Shown here: in pieces, positions 27,949 through 41,200 of the stretch | Layout of the letters: each line of letters starts with the position of its first letter | How positions within the stretch are numbered: position 1 is the first letter of the stretch | Source of the DNA: Octopus sinensis | Taxonomy: Eukaryota | DNA: 64,000 nucleotides | Direction of reading: 5' to 3' | NCBI RefSeq assembly: GCF_006345805.1 | Contig: NC_043002.1 | Location: 44,144,001-44,208,000, forward strand | Position numbers and translations under genes: made by a program | The notes under the pieces: generated by a model | Told to the model about the DNA's origin: nothing | The model's input: only the letters and a program-made list of their open reading frames with translations | Database searches by the model: none

Positions 27949-30313
27949 TGTGTGTGCATGTGTGTGCGCGCGTATGTGTGTGTGTGTATGTTTGTGTGTC
28001 TGTGTTTTTGCCCCCAACAGCAGTTGACAACCGATGCTGGTGTGTTTACGTCCCCGTAACTTAGCGGTTCGGCTAAAAGAGGCCGATAGAATAAGTGCTA
28101 GGCTTACAAAGAATAAGTCCTGGAGTCGATTTGCTCGACTAAAGGCGGTGCTCCAGTATGGCCACAGTCAAATGACTGAAATAAGTAGAAGAGTAAAGAG
28201 TATACGATAGATGATCTTACTCTTATTGATGATATTGTTTTTATGACCTAACAAAACTACATTATTTAAATGTCGAAATTTCGTCTGAAAATTAATCATA
28301 TTTTTGTATATTGTGTTTTACAGCTAAGCCATATTTTGTTTTACCATTAAAACCACAGCATATCGACGTTGGTTCTCATCTTACTTGGCGTTGCGATGCC
28401 CGTGGACGCCCGAAAGTGACTTACAGCTGGTACAAAAATGGTGTACTTATAAACGAAAAACGAGACAATGTTAAAATACAAGGAAATATGTTGATTATCA
28501 ACGCTGCCGATAAAGACCTCCACAGTGGGATGTACCAATGTGGAGCTTCAAATACTTTTGGTATCACTTTCAGTGGTGCTCAATTGAGAGTTTTGGGTAA
28601 GAATAGATTTCATTTTTTCGTTTACTCTGTGCATTTTCATTTAAATAGATATCAGGGTTTAAGTTAGTAACGGTGAATTAAACATATTTCCTTGTAGGAA
28701 ATGCATTGCTATTTCAATTTTTTAATGATTAAATTTGTTTTGCTGACATGATGTAGAAAAGCAATAAAGCTGTAATATCAACTGCAATAATTTCAAGATA
28801 GTTAATCAAATTTGCAACTTTCAGTGTCATTATTCGGAGGAAATAGAATCTAGACGATTCTTGTAAAGATAACTTGAATGATATCTTACTTAATTAGGCG
28901 ACATATCATGTCATTGAATATTGTATGAGAACATTCTATTCAAAATAAAATGACGTACACTTAATATATGAAATAGCACTATATACATTGTATTACATCA
29001 TGTAATGTTACATAATTCTGTATCACAATATCAGTCTAGCTCTGAAAATGGCAGCCAAATCATCCTCAAATCACACCCTTACTGCTTGCAAAAAGAGAAA
29101 GGTACAGTAAAATAATGTACCCATCTCTACATCCATCCATCCATCCACATTCGTCTCCTATTTCTGTAAGGGTCATTGGAGTAGAAACCTCAGGTACCTC
29201 GTTCACAGAGTCTTATCAGAATCAACCATCATTAAACATTTCTGCTGGATTCCCAAGCGTGACCTACTGAGACTATGGATGTTATCCAACTATATCTTTC
29301 TTGGACAATTAGGTTTCCTGCCGTTTCTCTCAGCTTGAAGAATCTGTCTTGCGATACTTATCTGCGACGTTCTTGCTTTGGCTGTCTTACACATCCAACA
29401 AAATGTTAGGAACATCCCTGTCTGAATGTCGAGACATAGCATGGTCAAATAATTTAGTAGTTTTTTTCGCAATCACCGACTCTTAGGTACGATCCTACTG
29501 CGAAGCCTTTTGGTCGGGTGTATTTTACAATAGCCTCAGTTCAATCCAATCCTTGTAAGTTAGTTTCGATGGAATAAAACTGTGAGGAAGCTCGTCGACT
29601 AAAGTGTACGTGTAATTTAACGATGCTGACTTGTTAGACTGTGCAGGTAGTTCCATCTAAAAATTACGTTAAGGCACACTTCATTGTACAATGTTCAGCA
29701 ACTTAGATGCGAATGCAATGAGCAGGCAGCTTTATTGATCAAATAACTGAATACTCTTCATCGTCATTGACGGAGGCATATTAACTTCTCCCACTAAGTC
29801 ACCATTACTTGTATCAAGCCAAACCCTTTTTTCGATAAAATATGGATCAATATAAGTTTAATAAATTAAATGTGCGAAAATGTATTGTGGTGACGTTTAT
29901 TGTCTTTCTCTGCCCCCTCTCTCCCTTTGTATATATGTGTGTGCGTTCACGCACGCGTGTGTGCCTCTCTGTGTGTATGTGCTTTGGTAGACAGTTTGGA
30001 ATAGCTTCACGAGACTTTGGGTTCGAGACCAATGCCTATCATGTTTCACAAATGCCTTCAACGTAATATCGGGTGGATGTAAATAGTGTTCATGATATTG
30101 GCTAGAAGGAAACTATGCAGAACTCCGATTGCTGGATTATATCTGTAAAGCAAAGTACCTGACTTATAACGTTTGTATCACGTTGATTCCACACGCAAAC
30201 TACCATATGGGTAAACCTCTTGAAAAATACTGAGTTCTTTCACATACCAATTCCTCGTGTAGGTGTTGATTGAATAGCTGGACGTTCATGAGGTGAAATT
30301 TACAGGAGGGCCC

Positions 30314-30362
<49 letters not shown>

Positions 30363-32959
30363 TTATATATATCCCTTGATAAATACACCAGAATGTAGCT
30401 CCCCATCTCTGCTTTCGAAGAGTTCTATATTCCTGTTTGGTCGCAATTTGCTCACTGTCAAATTGTTTCTTCCCCTTAGATATTTTGTCCAGGAAAGGAT
30501 CACACACTTCACTGCAATCCTAAATATCAATCTTCTGTACAGAGTCTTATGTACAGAGTCTTGCAATATTTGGTTTTGTTTGCTTTCTGGATGATTCTAT
30601 TTCTTTCTTTTTGGTCTATTGTGCAGCTTCAAATAACTTAAAAGTGTCAATGAGGACTGTCGCTCTCTCTAGTTTTCTCCCTCCTTTTCTTTTACTGGAT
30701 CTAACTTTAACGAAAGGATCTCCAATGTTAAGAGGGTATCTAGATGCAAAGAAATCCACAATAATCGTTAAAGAACGATCTTTCACATGGAAAGAGAAAA
30801 ATTCATCAGTGAAGATTTTTCTCAAGTGTACCTAGTAAAGGGTTGTTTCTCAGAAACCTGACTGGATGTCCATAGAAAACATAGTTTGAAGAAAAGCATT
30901 CTGAAATAATCCAGGAATTACAAATACATTCATCCTTTTCTCCTTATTTTCTTTCATCCTCGGGTCAGCATCAGCGTTGTACTAGTTTTTGAAAGGTCCC
31001 AAAACAGCCCTATCAAAAGGCTGCATCTTGTGTGAGGAAATGACAGCAATAGTATTCCATTTTCTCAGACATTACTGAAGGACCTTCATGTCAATGTGAC
31101 TACCGTGATATTCAAGTGTCAATAGCATTTCTTTGTAATGTACATAACAAAATGATTAATGAAAGTGAAAACAGTTTTATTGCTCCATCAGCTCTGAGGA
31201 ATGTGTTACACCGAGAGATCTCGATACTGCAATCAAAGGAACACTAATGTAGGAAGAGCGGTCGTAGATGTAGCACGGGTTGCATAGTAAATAGTTTCAA
31301 ATTAAACTCTCACTTCTAATACTGTGGCTTCTAAAACTTTGTCTTTAAGTTATGGATTTTTCCAATTTTTTCTTACTGTTGTAAATTCACTTCCGTCGAG
31401 ATTCCAGGTATTGTCTAGAGTGAATTTCTATCTCTCAAGAAGTTTCATTGTTGTAGAAAGTGTCACGTTATGATGTATGAAGCTGGTTGCACAACACAGG
31501 GATGAAACCTCAGATTTTTCAATGAAATGTTCTTATCTTCCGTGAGGAGACGATGAGCCAAGTTTTTGCTTGCACTTTCATGGAATAAGCATAAAGCAGT
31601 CAGTGTAGCATGGCTTGACAAAGGCGGATCTTTTAGTCAAAGGCACAATTCATGAGATAGGCTTCCATACAGTTTCGTCTATCCAATATCACAAAGCATG
31701 GGATGACTGTACTTACAGAATAATGACACTTGCCAAAGGTAATACCCAGTGGGATCGAACTCTAGAACTCATGATCGCGAAGCAAACTTATTTACCATTC
31801 AGCCATACATAACCTTTGTAAATGCGTGTGTTTGTGTGGGTGGGGGGGTCGTGTGTATAGATATGTATGTTTGAGTATAAACGTAAACATGTAGTATGAA
31901 GCATGTGCATAAATGTATGGACGTATGTAAATTGCATAATTCGGTGATTTGCATAACCTTTCCAAACAGTAAATTGTTTACCATTCAGTCTATAGAAAAA
32001 CTGTTCGATTAATTGCATATGTATATTATGTCAATTGCGTTTGACTGCATAAATTATGTCCGATTTTCAGTAAAAGCAAATGGTAAAAGGTTACTCAACA
32101 TCTATTTGGTTTGACATATATAAAATGAATTAAAGATGATCGAAGTTCAGATTCTTATCCCTCCCTCCCTCTCTCCATCCAACCATCCATCCTACAGTCG
32201 TACATACATTCATACACACATACTGACATTCAGATATACAAGCATATATACATACATACATACATATAAAATTTGTGAATGTCTTTACTCCATTTTTTTC
32301 AGCGTTCAAACCAACTTTTATAAGATCTCATCAATCTAAGACTATGTCTGGAGCACTTATGGGAAATGTGTCACTTATATGTGATCCGGAAAGTGCTCCT
32401 GAGGCTGTAATTACGTGGTCAAAAGACGGGGCAGAACTGAATCTTGATGTGTCTGCCAACGAAAATGATCATTTGCGCTTACTTGCTAATGGAAATCTTT
32501 TCCTAAACAATATTAATGACAATGATGCCGGCGAATATACTTGCAAAGCTAGCAACACACTGGGAGAAACAACATTTACAATACAATTCAGAGTAACGGG
32601 TAAGTATTTTCTTATAAAACTACATTTTCGTTTTCTGTTGGCTATAGATTTAATGAGCATTGTAGGTATTTTGAATTCTTGAATCATAATTGAAGTTAAA
32701 TAATTGAAAATCAAAATAAAGATTAAGCACTAACGTTAGTGTTATTACTCACGAAAGAATTGCCAGTCTACATTTTTACTCACACGATAAAATATAATAA
32801 TTTTATCAAAGGAATTGTTTTCCTTGTGATCACGTTTGTTGCAGCTGTGTATCTTAAACGATTTATGTCGAATATATGTACAGAACCTCCATTTATTGTT
32901 TTGTTTCGGTTAAAAAAAGATCTTTTTTTATGAAAGCGAGTATTATTAACATAGCTATA

Positions 32960-32990
<31 letters not shown>

Positions 32991-35330
32991 CTTCTTCTTC
33001 TTCTTCTTCTTCTTCTTCTTCTTCTTCTTCTTCTTCTTCTTCTTCTTCTTCTTCTTCTTCTTCTTCTTCTTCTTCTTCTTCTTCTTCTTCTTCTTCTTCA
33101 ATTGTAGCGTTAACTTCAATTACGTAAGCAAAAGTTCTTAAATACATACGTTATTATAGGCAGACTTTTAAAAGCAAGCGCAAAAGAATAGTAATAATAG
33201 AAATCAGAGCTTCAGATTTAAACATTTACCAATAAGCAATCGTAGTCACAAGAAGGACCAGGAGCAGAGGATATGGCCATTCAGATTAGTAGAGAAGACA
33301 GTTAACAAAGTCAGTAAACCTTTTGTTTATTTTGCGAAACAGACATGGGTCTCTCATAAAGTAATATCGTGAAAAAGATATGTAACGTAATCTTCTGCTT
33401 GCTTCCTTTCTTGAAAATATTATTTAAGAAACCGTAAGAGAAAAGTGACATAATTCTGGAGTTTGTAATTGTGTCCACAAAGTAGCAGTTTTTTTTGTTA
33501 TTTCCAGCGCCTAGAGAATGGCATTGTGACTAAATAACTGCTTTTCATGACAGATGTGGATAGATGAATGCAGGTATGGTATGCCACAAACACCTGCCTA
33601 TAAGACTGTATTATTTACATAAAGGGGCGTGAAAATACATGTCACAACCAGCGTTATTGGCAGTGATATTGACACTAGACTTGCCATCACCTGTTTGGAA
33701 CAGTATGGATTCATATAGTCTAGCGGGGGGGGACCAAGAATGACTAGTATTCGGATGAGTGTAACTGAACATGCGGTTCCTGATAGCTTTTCTCGAAGAT
33801 TACAGAACTATTTGGGAGACGTACTCTATTGCTGGGGTGCATAAACCAATGAACTTGGCTGTGCAGGGCAGAAAGCTCCGCTGTCATCTGAGTGACAGTA
33901 AGAGCCGTTGGAGGTTTTACACTCTGCAGATCTGGAAGAGCAGAAGAAGAGATAGAGGTAACATTGATGAGAAAGGACCATAACAAGGGGGTCTACAGAG
34001 ATAATTTTCGGTCTACATCTTTGCTAAATGCAGATTTCAAGAATCTGACCAAGATGTAAGCAAAGAGATTGGCGTTTGTAATAGTTGATGATATTCGTAA
34101 CTAGCAGATATGTGCCGTTCTAAGCATATCTATCCACGAAATTCTCCACCTCAGTGATCTATCATAGAGATATTAGGTTATAAAGCTGGACCGGATGGAG
34201 TCATGATCAATCGAAAGCTTTCGATAGTGTTGACGATCGTTTTTGAAAGGCTAGATCACTGCAATGTAATGCAACAACAGTTGGGTTGTCATAGGAAACG
34301 GTAAAATATCGGAACCATTCAGCATTATGTGCTCTGTCTGCCGAAGTTAGCTATTTTTCTCTCTACTGTGTGTTCACTCCAGACCCAGTACTGCGGAACT
34401 AGAGAGGTTGAGGAGCGTTCCGCACGGACTAAGACAGAGATTTGAGTACGTATTCACAGACGACGATTATGTAGAAGTGTCGGACACCCAGCTTTTCGAG
34501 GTGATAGACATGACTCTAAGGGAACATGAGGCGGTGACAGGACCGAAAATTAACCAGGAAAAGTCAGTAGATCTGCAGCTCTCTACTTGGAGAGGCAAGT
34601 CCATGCTATCTAACGGCGTTGTAAAGCACTGGACGGAAGGACCGCTTAAATTGCACGGGTTCTAGTTTGGTTCATATTGCCAACTGGAGAAGAACTGGGA
34701 TGAAATGACGAGCAGGGTGGTGAATCTCACCCAGAATTGAGTCGAGAGAAATCTCTCCGTGAATGGTCTAGCAGAAGTGGCGGACGCTTATATTGCCTCC
34801 GTTTCATATTGCCACCTGGCCGTCGTGCTGTGCTCCAGTTCACATTTCAATGGATTCAGTCACCTGCTTTAACACTTTCTATGGAAATGACGTGTTCCAC
34901 TCATCAGGCTTTCCAGTTGTTCTCAAACCTGCTTAGTAGAAGGCTAGGAATGCTGTGGCCCCAATATGAAGGTTTTAGTCTCTACTTTCATTCCTCCACT
35001 CCTCTTGATCAACATCTGCGTCTTGATTTCAGAGAATATATTGTCTATGTACTGATTTCTGACTCTGTTGTTCATCAAGTTGTTTCTACTCGTTCTTTTT
35101 GCCATCTTGTTTGGTTTTTTACTTACTAGTTTGAGGTTCATCATCTGATTCAGAATGAACGTAAAATTACCTTGCGAATTCATAAGCTTCCTTCACTGTA
35201 GACGTTTAGCTGCTTCATGTTCGCATACAAACCGCACTATTCCGTCCTCTATACAAGATAAGAATCTGTTCATTCCTATTGCGCAGGTTATATAGTAGAC
35301 TTCTAACTGCACCGTTCCTCTTTTTTTCTA

Positions 35331-35369
<39 letters not shown>

Positions 35370-38068
35370 TATTATATTATTATTATTATTATTATTATCA
35401 TCATCATCATTATTTTAGTGTCTTCGCACAGCTTCTAACGCTGGAAATGTACTACGGTGTTAGCTGTTCACTACCAGTGAACTAACTTATTTTTCCTGAG
35501 TATTCGAGCGGTTCCGCTCAATGCTGTTTTCTACAAGTGCTCCACCCTAAGTGCAGCCCCTATTTGTTCCATGTACTTCTCAAGATTTTTACTCGCTGTT
35601 CCCAGGGCTCCGATAATTATTGGCACTACTACCACTTTTTTCATTGACTAAAACTGCTTAACCTCCCAAGCTAACTTGTCATATCTATTAACTTTTCTTT
35701 CTTCCTTATCGCATGCCTTGCTGTCAGCTGGGCTTTCTTTCTCAATTAACACTATGTCTGATTTCCTATTCTCTATCTCATGGTCGCACTGAATCACAAA
35801 ATCCTATAGGATCTTTGCATTATCATTTTCGATGATGCCTTCGGGCTTATGTTCGTACCACGTTTTTGCTCTCTCAGGTTCATACTTGTTGCAGCACAGA
35901 TTAGATCCTCCGTTTCCGGTTTTAAATCACTTTTAATCATCCATAGCCATCGTTTCTCTCTGTCTGTCTTATCCTCAACATCCCTATGAAATTTTCCATG
36001 CAATCTTTTCTTTATCCACCTCTTTTCAGTTTCATTCATTCTCAAGTCCTTGTACAGTGCATAATCTTTGCAATCTTCCATCCTACACGTGTTATGAAGG
36101 GATATTTATCTCCCTTTCATCAATGGCCATAACCAGAAGGCACCACATGTATAAGAGATATTGTGTTACTGAATCAATATTCTTTTTTACTTGTTTCAGT
36201 CATTTGACTTCGGCCATGCTGGAGCACCGTCTTTAGTCGAGCAAATCGACCCCAGGACTTATTCTTTGTAAGCCTGGTACTTATTCTATCAGTCCCTTTT
36301 TGCAGAACCGCTAAGTTACGGGGACATAAACATACCACCATCGGTTGTCAAGCGATGTTGGGGTGGGGGACAAACACAGACACACATATACATATATATA
36401 CATATATACGACGGGCTTCTTTCAGTTTCCGTCTTCAAAATACACTCACAAGTCTTTGGTCGGCCCGAGGCTATAGTAGAAAACACTTGCCCAAGGTGCC
36501 ACGCAGTGGGACTGAACCCAGAACCATGTGGTTTGTAAGCAAGCTACTTACCACACAGCCACTCCTGTGCCTATTGGTGGAATATGAAATACAAATATTG
36601 CTGTATCGAAATATACAACATACAACACTAATGCCTTGATAACAATCCCAAATACTTCCATCACCACAAAAAATATCTGATATGGCCAAATGATAGTCAT
36701 TATCAATAACTCATTTATTTCAAAGGTCACTGATACAGCTAGGAATGATAGCCAGGGTACTGGATGGGTTCCTTGTACAGTTATCTACAACACAATCTCA
36801 ACCTACCAGGTCATCCCCCCCATTTTATTCTCTTGGCAGAAAATCAATTTCCCGAATCTTCCTAAATCAGGATAAAATCAGGCTTTTCTCCTTCATTAAT
36901 TTTATCGAACCCTGAGGTGAACATTTTTCACTGTTGCTGTTTGAACTGAAAAACAAAACGTAAACTGCTAAATTAATTAATTATTTACGTTTGTATAATG
37001 TACTAGTATTTACGCTAATTTATTTGCATAAACTTCGCTCAATTCTGAACATTCTCGAATCAAAACTTATTTAATTTCCTTTGTAAGTAAAGATTCATAT
37101 TACCTTATATTGTGCATCAATGTGTAATTACATATAACAAAAACTTTTGCTTAATGAACTATGCAAAAATTTATGCCATAGATAACATTAGATATATATT
37201 TGTCACGAGACAGGGAAATGTATTGCATAGCTAGTTATTTCTAAAACTTGATTCGTGAAAATTATTTCGCTCCAGCTAAAACAAGTAATGTAAAACATTT
37301 CTAAATAGTATTTGTTAAGTGTTATTCTTTGCTTCTTCTCACAAGAAACGACAAAAATGCATCGTATTAGACATGCATTAACAATTCCAATTTATTTCAA
37401 TATTAGATAAAATTTCGATTTTTATTTTATTTTTTATCTCATACTGTGATCTCACCTTCTCTGATTGGGGTTTACTACTATCGTAAAAATTAATCAGGAT
37501 TCTCTAAAAATCTATATGGCATGAAATGTTTCTAACAATTTTTTAACATTCTTTTCTCTTTCGAATATTAAATATATTTCGCGCAATTTATAGATAATTT
37601 TCATAAATAAAGAATAAGATTAGCTTAAAATACACTTTCACCAAAAAGTTATTAAACGAAGAATGAAATCTGAAAAAGTAGTAACTATGGATTCTCAAAT
37701 GTTATATTTCACCGATTGGTTAGAAACATAATAGTGCTTCTTTAGAACTAGTAGATATATACGATCTTGATCGAGATTAAAATAGCATAGTTGTTTATAT
37801 TGTTTTACTTGTTTCAGTCATGTGACTGGAGCCATGCTGGAGCATCACCGTTGGTCGAGCAAATGGATTTATACTTTCTAAGCCTAGTACTTATTCTATC
37901 TGTTTCATTTGCCGAACCGCTAAAATATAGGAGCGTTAACACAGCAACATCGGTTTTCAAGCAATGGTGGGGATACAAACACAAACAGACGCTATACACA
38001 TATATACGACGGTCTTCTTTCAGTTTCCGTATACGACATCCACTTACAAGGCTTTGGTCGGTCTGAGG

Positions 38069-38140
<72 letters not shown>

Positions 38141-38169
38141 ATATATATATATATATACAACACACACAC

Positions 38170-38221
<52 letters not shown>

Positions 38222-41200
38222 TGGTGGTTGGCATCCTTTTTGTCTCGGGAGACAATGGAGTTGCGCATAAAGTAGTCTAGTCCGGCTTTTACATTTCATG
38301 TCCTGATACATTTCCTGCTGTGGCTGTGTAGTCCTATCCTGGACAAACACTTCCTCTGGCAGGTACCGCAAACGTAGTGAAGAGTGTTCCTGGCTGGTTG
38401 TAATGCCATAGTTTCTTGTTGACGTCTTTTCTTGTCTTTCCATTTCTCCTCTCTCTCTCTCTGTCACTCCTTTGTATTCCCTCTCTTACGGTACGTCGCC
38501 AGTCTCCACGGTTGCGGGCAACTGCCTCCGAACCGCTAATATTGATGTTGCAGGCCTTCATGTCCCTTTTGCAAACATCCTTGTAACTTAAGAGCGGTCT
38601 ACCCACAGACCTAGTACCCCTAGCAAGCTCTCCGTAGAGTATGTCCTTGGGAATTCTGCCATCTTTCATACGGCTAACACGCCCAAGCCATCTCATACGT
38701 CTTTGTGTGAGGAGTGCAAACATGCTTGGTATTCCTGCTTGCCTGAGGACATCTTTGTTGGGGATATGGTTCTGCCATTTGATGCGGAGGATTTTCTGGA
38801 GGCAGCGCAGGTGAAAGATGTTTAGTCGACGCTCTTGGCGTGTGTATAGCGTCCAAGTCTCACTTCCATACAGTAGAGTGCTAAGTACACATGCCTGGTA
38901 GATCTTCATTTTCGTGGTCTTGGTCAGCTTATTGTTGTCCCAAGCCCGTTTGGAGAGTTGGGCCATCGCAGCAGCTGCCTTGCCAATGCGTATATTGAGC
39001 TCAGCGTCGAGGGATAGGTTGTAGGTGACGGTAGAGCCCAGATAGGTAAACTTCTCCACCTCTTGTAATCTGTGGTCTCCAATATGTATGTTTGGGATGT
39101 CCGATGTAGCCTGACCCATGATGTTGGTCTTCTTAAGGCTGATAGCTAAGCCAAAGTCGTTACATGCTTGCTCAAAACAGTTAATGAGCCTTTGGAGGGC
39201 TTCTTCTGTGTGTGATACCAGAGCGGCTTCATCAGCAAATAGCATCTCCTTGATCAGGACGTTTCTGATTTGGTCTTGGCACGCAGGCGCGAGAGATTTC
39301 CGTCACTTCTACTGTGCAGAAACACTCCATCATCTGATGTCTGAAAGGCATGTGAGAGTAAGAGCGAGAAGAAGATGCCAAACAATGTAGGAGCGAGGAC
39401 ACAACCTTGCTTTACCCCGTTTTTTATTTGGAAGGCGGCTGATGTTGAACCGTTGTGCTGTATGGTGCCTTGCATGTCATCATGGAAATACTTGATGATC
39501 CTCAGCAGCTTTGGTGGACATCCGATTTTTGGAGCTTACCGAAACAAAGGCCTTTCTTAGATCAATGAAGGCCATATATAATGGCATTCTCTGCTCTCTG
39601 GACTTCTCCTGAAGTTGGCGTATAGAGAATATCATATCGATAGTTGATCTGCTTCTTCTAAAGCCACACTGTGATTCCGGATAGATTCGAGAAGCAAGTA
39701 GTTGTAGCCTGGCCAGGATAACGCGGGCAAAGGTCTTTCCAACAGTGCTTAGAAGAGATATTCCACGGTAACTGTTACAATCACCACGGTCACCTTTGTT
39801 TTTGTAAAGCGTAATGATGTTAGCATCCCGCATATCCTGAGGGACTGTACCCTCTTCCCAGCACTGACACAGAAGCTCATGAAGGTGCCGAAGCAGGATG
39901 GTGTTTTTGCCGGCTTTGATGATCTCTGAGGGGATGCCGTATTTTCCCGAAGCCTTGTTTCTTGCTAGGGAGTCAACAGCCTTGATGAGCTCTGCTATAG
40001 ATGGCGGACTGTCAAGTTCGCACATGACTGGCAAGATCTTGACACTCTCGACTGCAGCCTCAGCCACTGTGGTCTCCCGTGAGTAGAGATCCTGGTAGTG
40101 CTCCACCCATCTATCCATTTGCTTGCTTTGATCCCTGATGAGATCTCCAGTAGTTGATTTCAGAGGGGCTGACTTGGTTGCGGATGGACCGAGGGCCTTC
40201 TTCAAACCGGCATACATCCCACGGGTGTCGCCACTATCAGCAGCTGACTGGATACTCTGACAGATTTCCTGCCAATACCTATTTGCATAGCGTCTGGCTG
40301 TCAGTTGGGTTTTATTTCGTGCCTTTCTGAGTTCTTCGAGTGACTTTGTAGAAGAGTCACTCTTGTATTGCTTCAGAGCTGCACGCTTTGCTTCGATAAC
40401 TGGCTCCAGCTCTGAGAGCCCAGCATTGAACCAATCTGGGTTTTGCCTTTCTCTCATGCCGAAAGTATCTATTGATGTCGTATACAAAGCTTCCCTGATA
40501 TAGTTCCACCTACTTTCAGCAGAGGAGGTTGGGCAACCACTGAGGGCAACCTTGATAGAAGCAGCAAAACATTTTCGCAGTGTAGGGTCTGAGGTTCTGG
40601 CAGTGTTAATGCGTGGTCGGCCCACTTTCTTGAGGCGATGGACTTTTTTAGGTAGAATCCTCACCCTACTTCTAATTAGTGAGTGGTCTGTGTCACAATC
40701 CGCGCTGTGGTAACTGCGGGTCAATAGAGTAGAATTCAGGAAGGATCTCCGTGTAATGATGAGATCCAGCTGATGCCAGTGGTGAGATCTTGGATGTCTC
40801 CAATATGCCTTGTGGGATAGCTTGTTGGTAAAGAATGTGTTTGTGATGCACAGGTTGTGGTATGTGCAGAATTCGAGTAGTCTCTGACTTTTGTCATTCA
40901 TGTTGCCAATACCAAAGTGTCCAACACAAATGGGCCACGAATCATGGTCAGATCCCACGCGAGCGTTAAAATCCCCTTGAAGGTAGATATTTTCAATCGT
41001 TGTTATATTTTCTATGACACAGTTGAGATCTTTGTAGAACTGGCCCTTGGTCTCCTCTGAGCTGTAGAGAGTAGGGGCATAGATGCTGAGTAGATGTACT
41101 GAGCCAGAAGAAGTCGAGAGGCGCAGTGAGAGGATTCGCTCCGTGCCTCCTGATGGTGGTTCTATTGAGGAGAGTAGTGAGTTTCTCACTGCAAAGCCAA

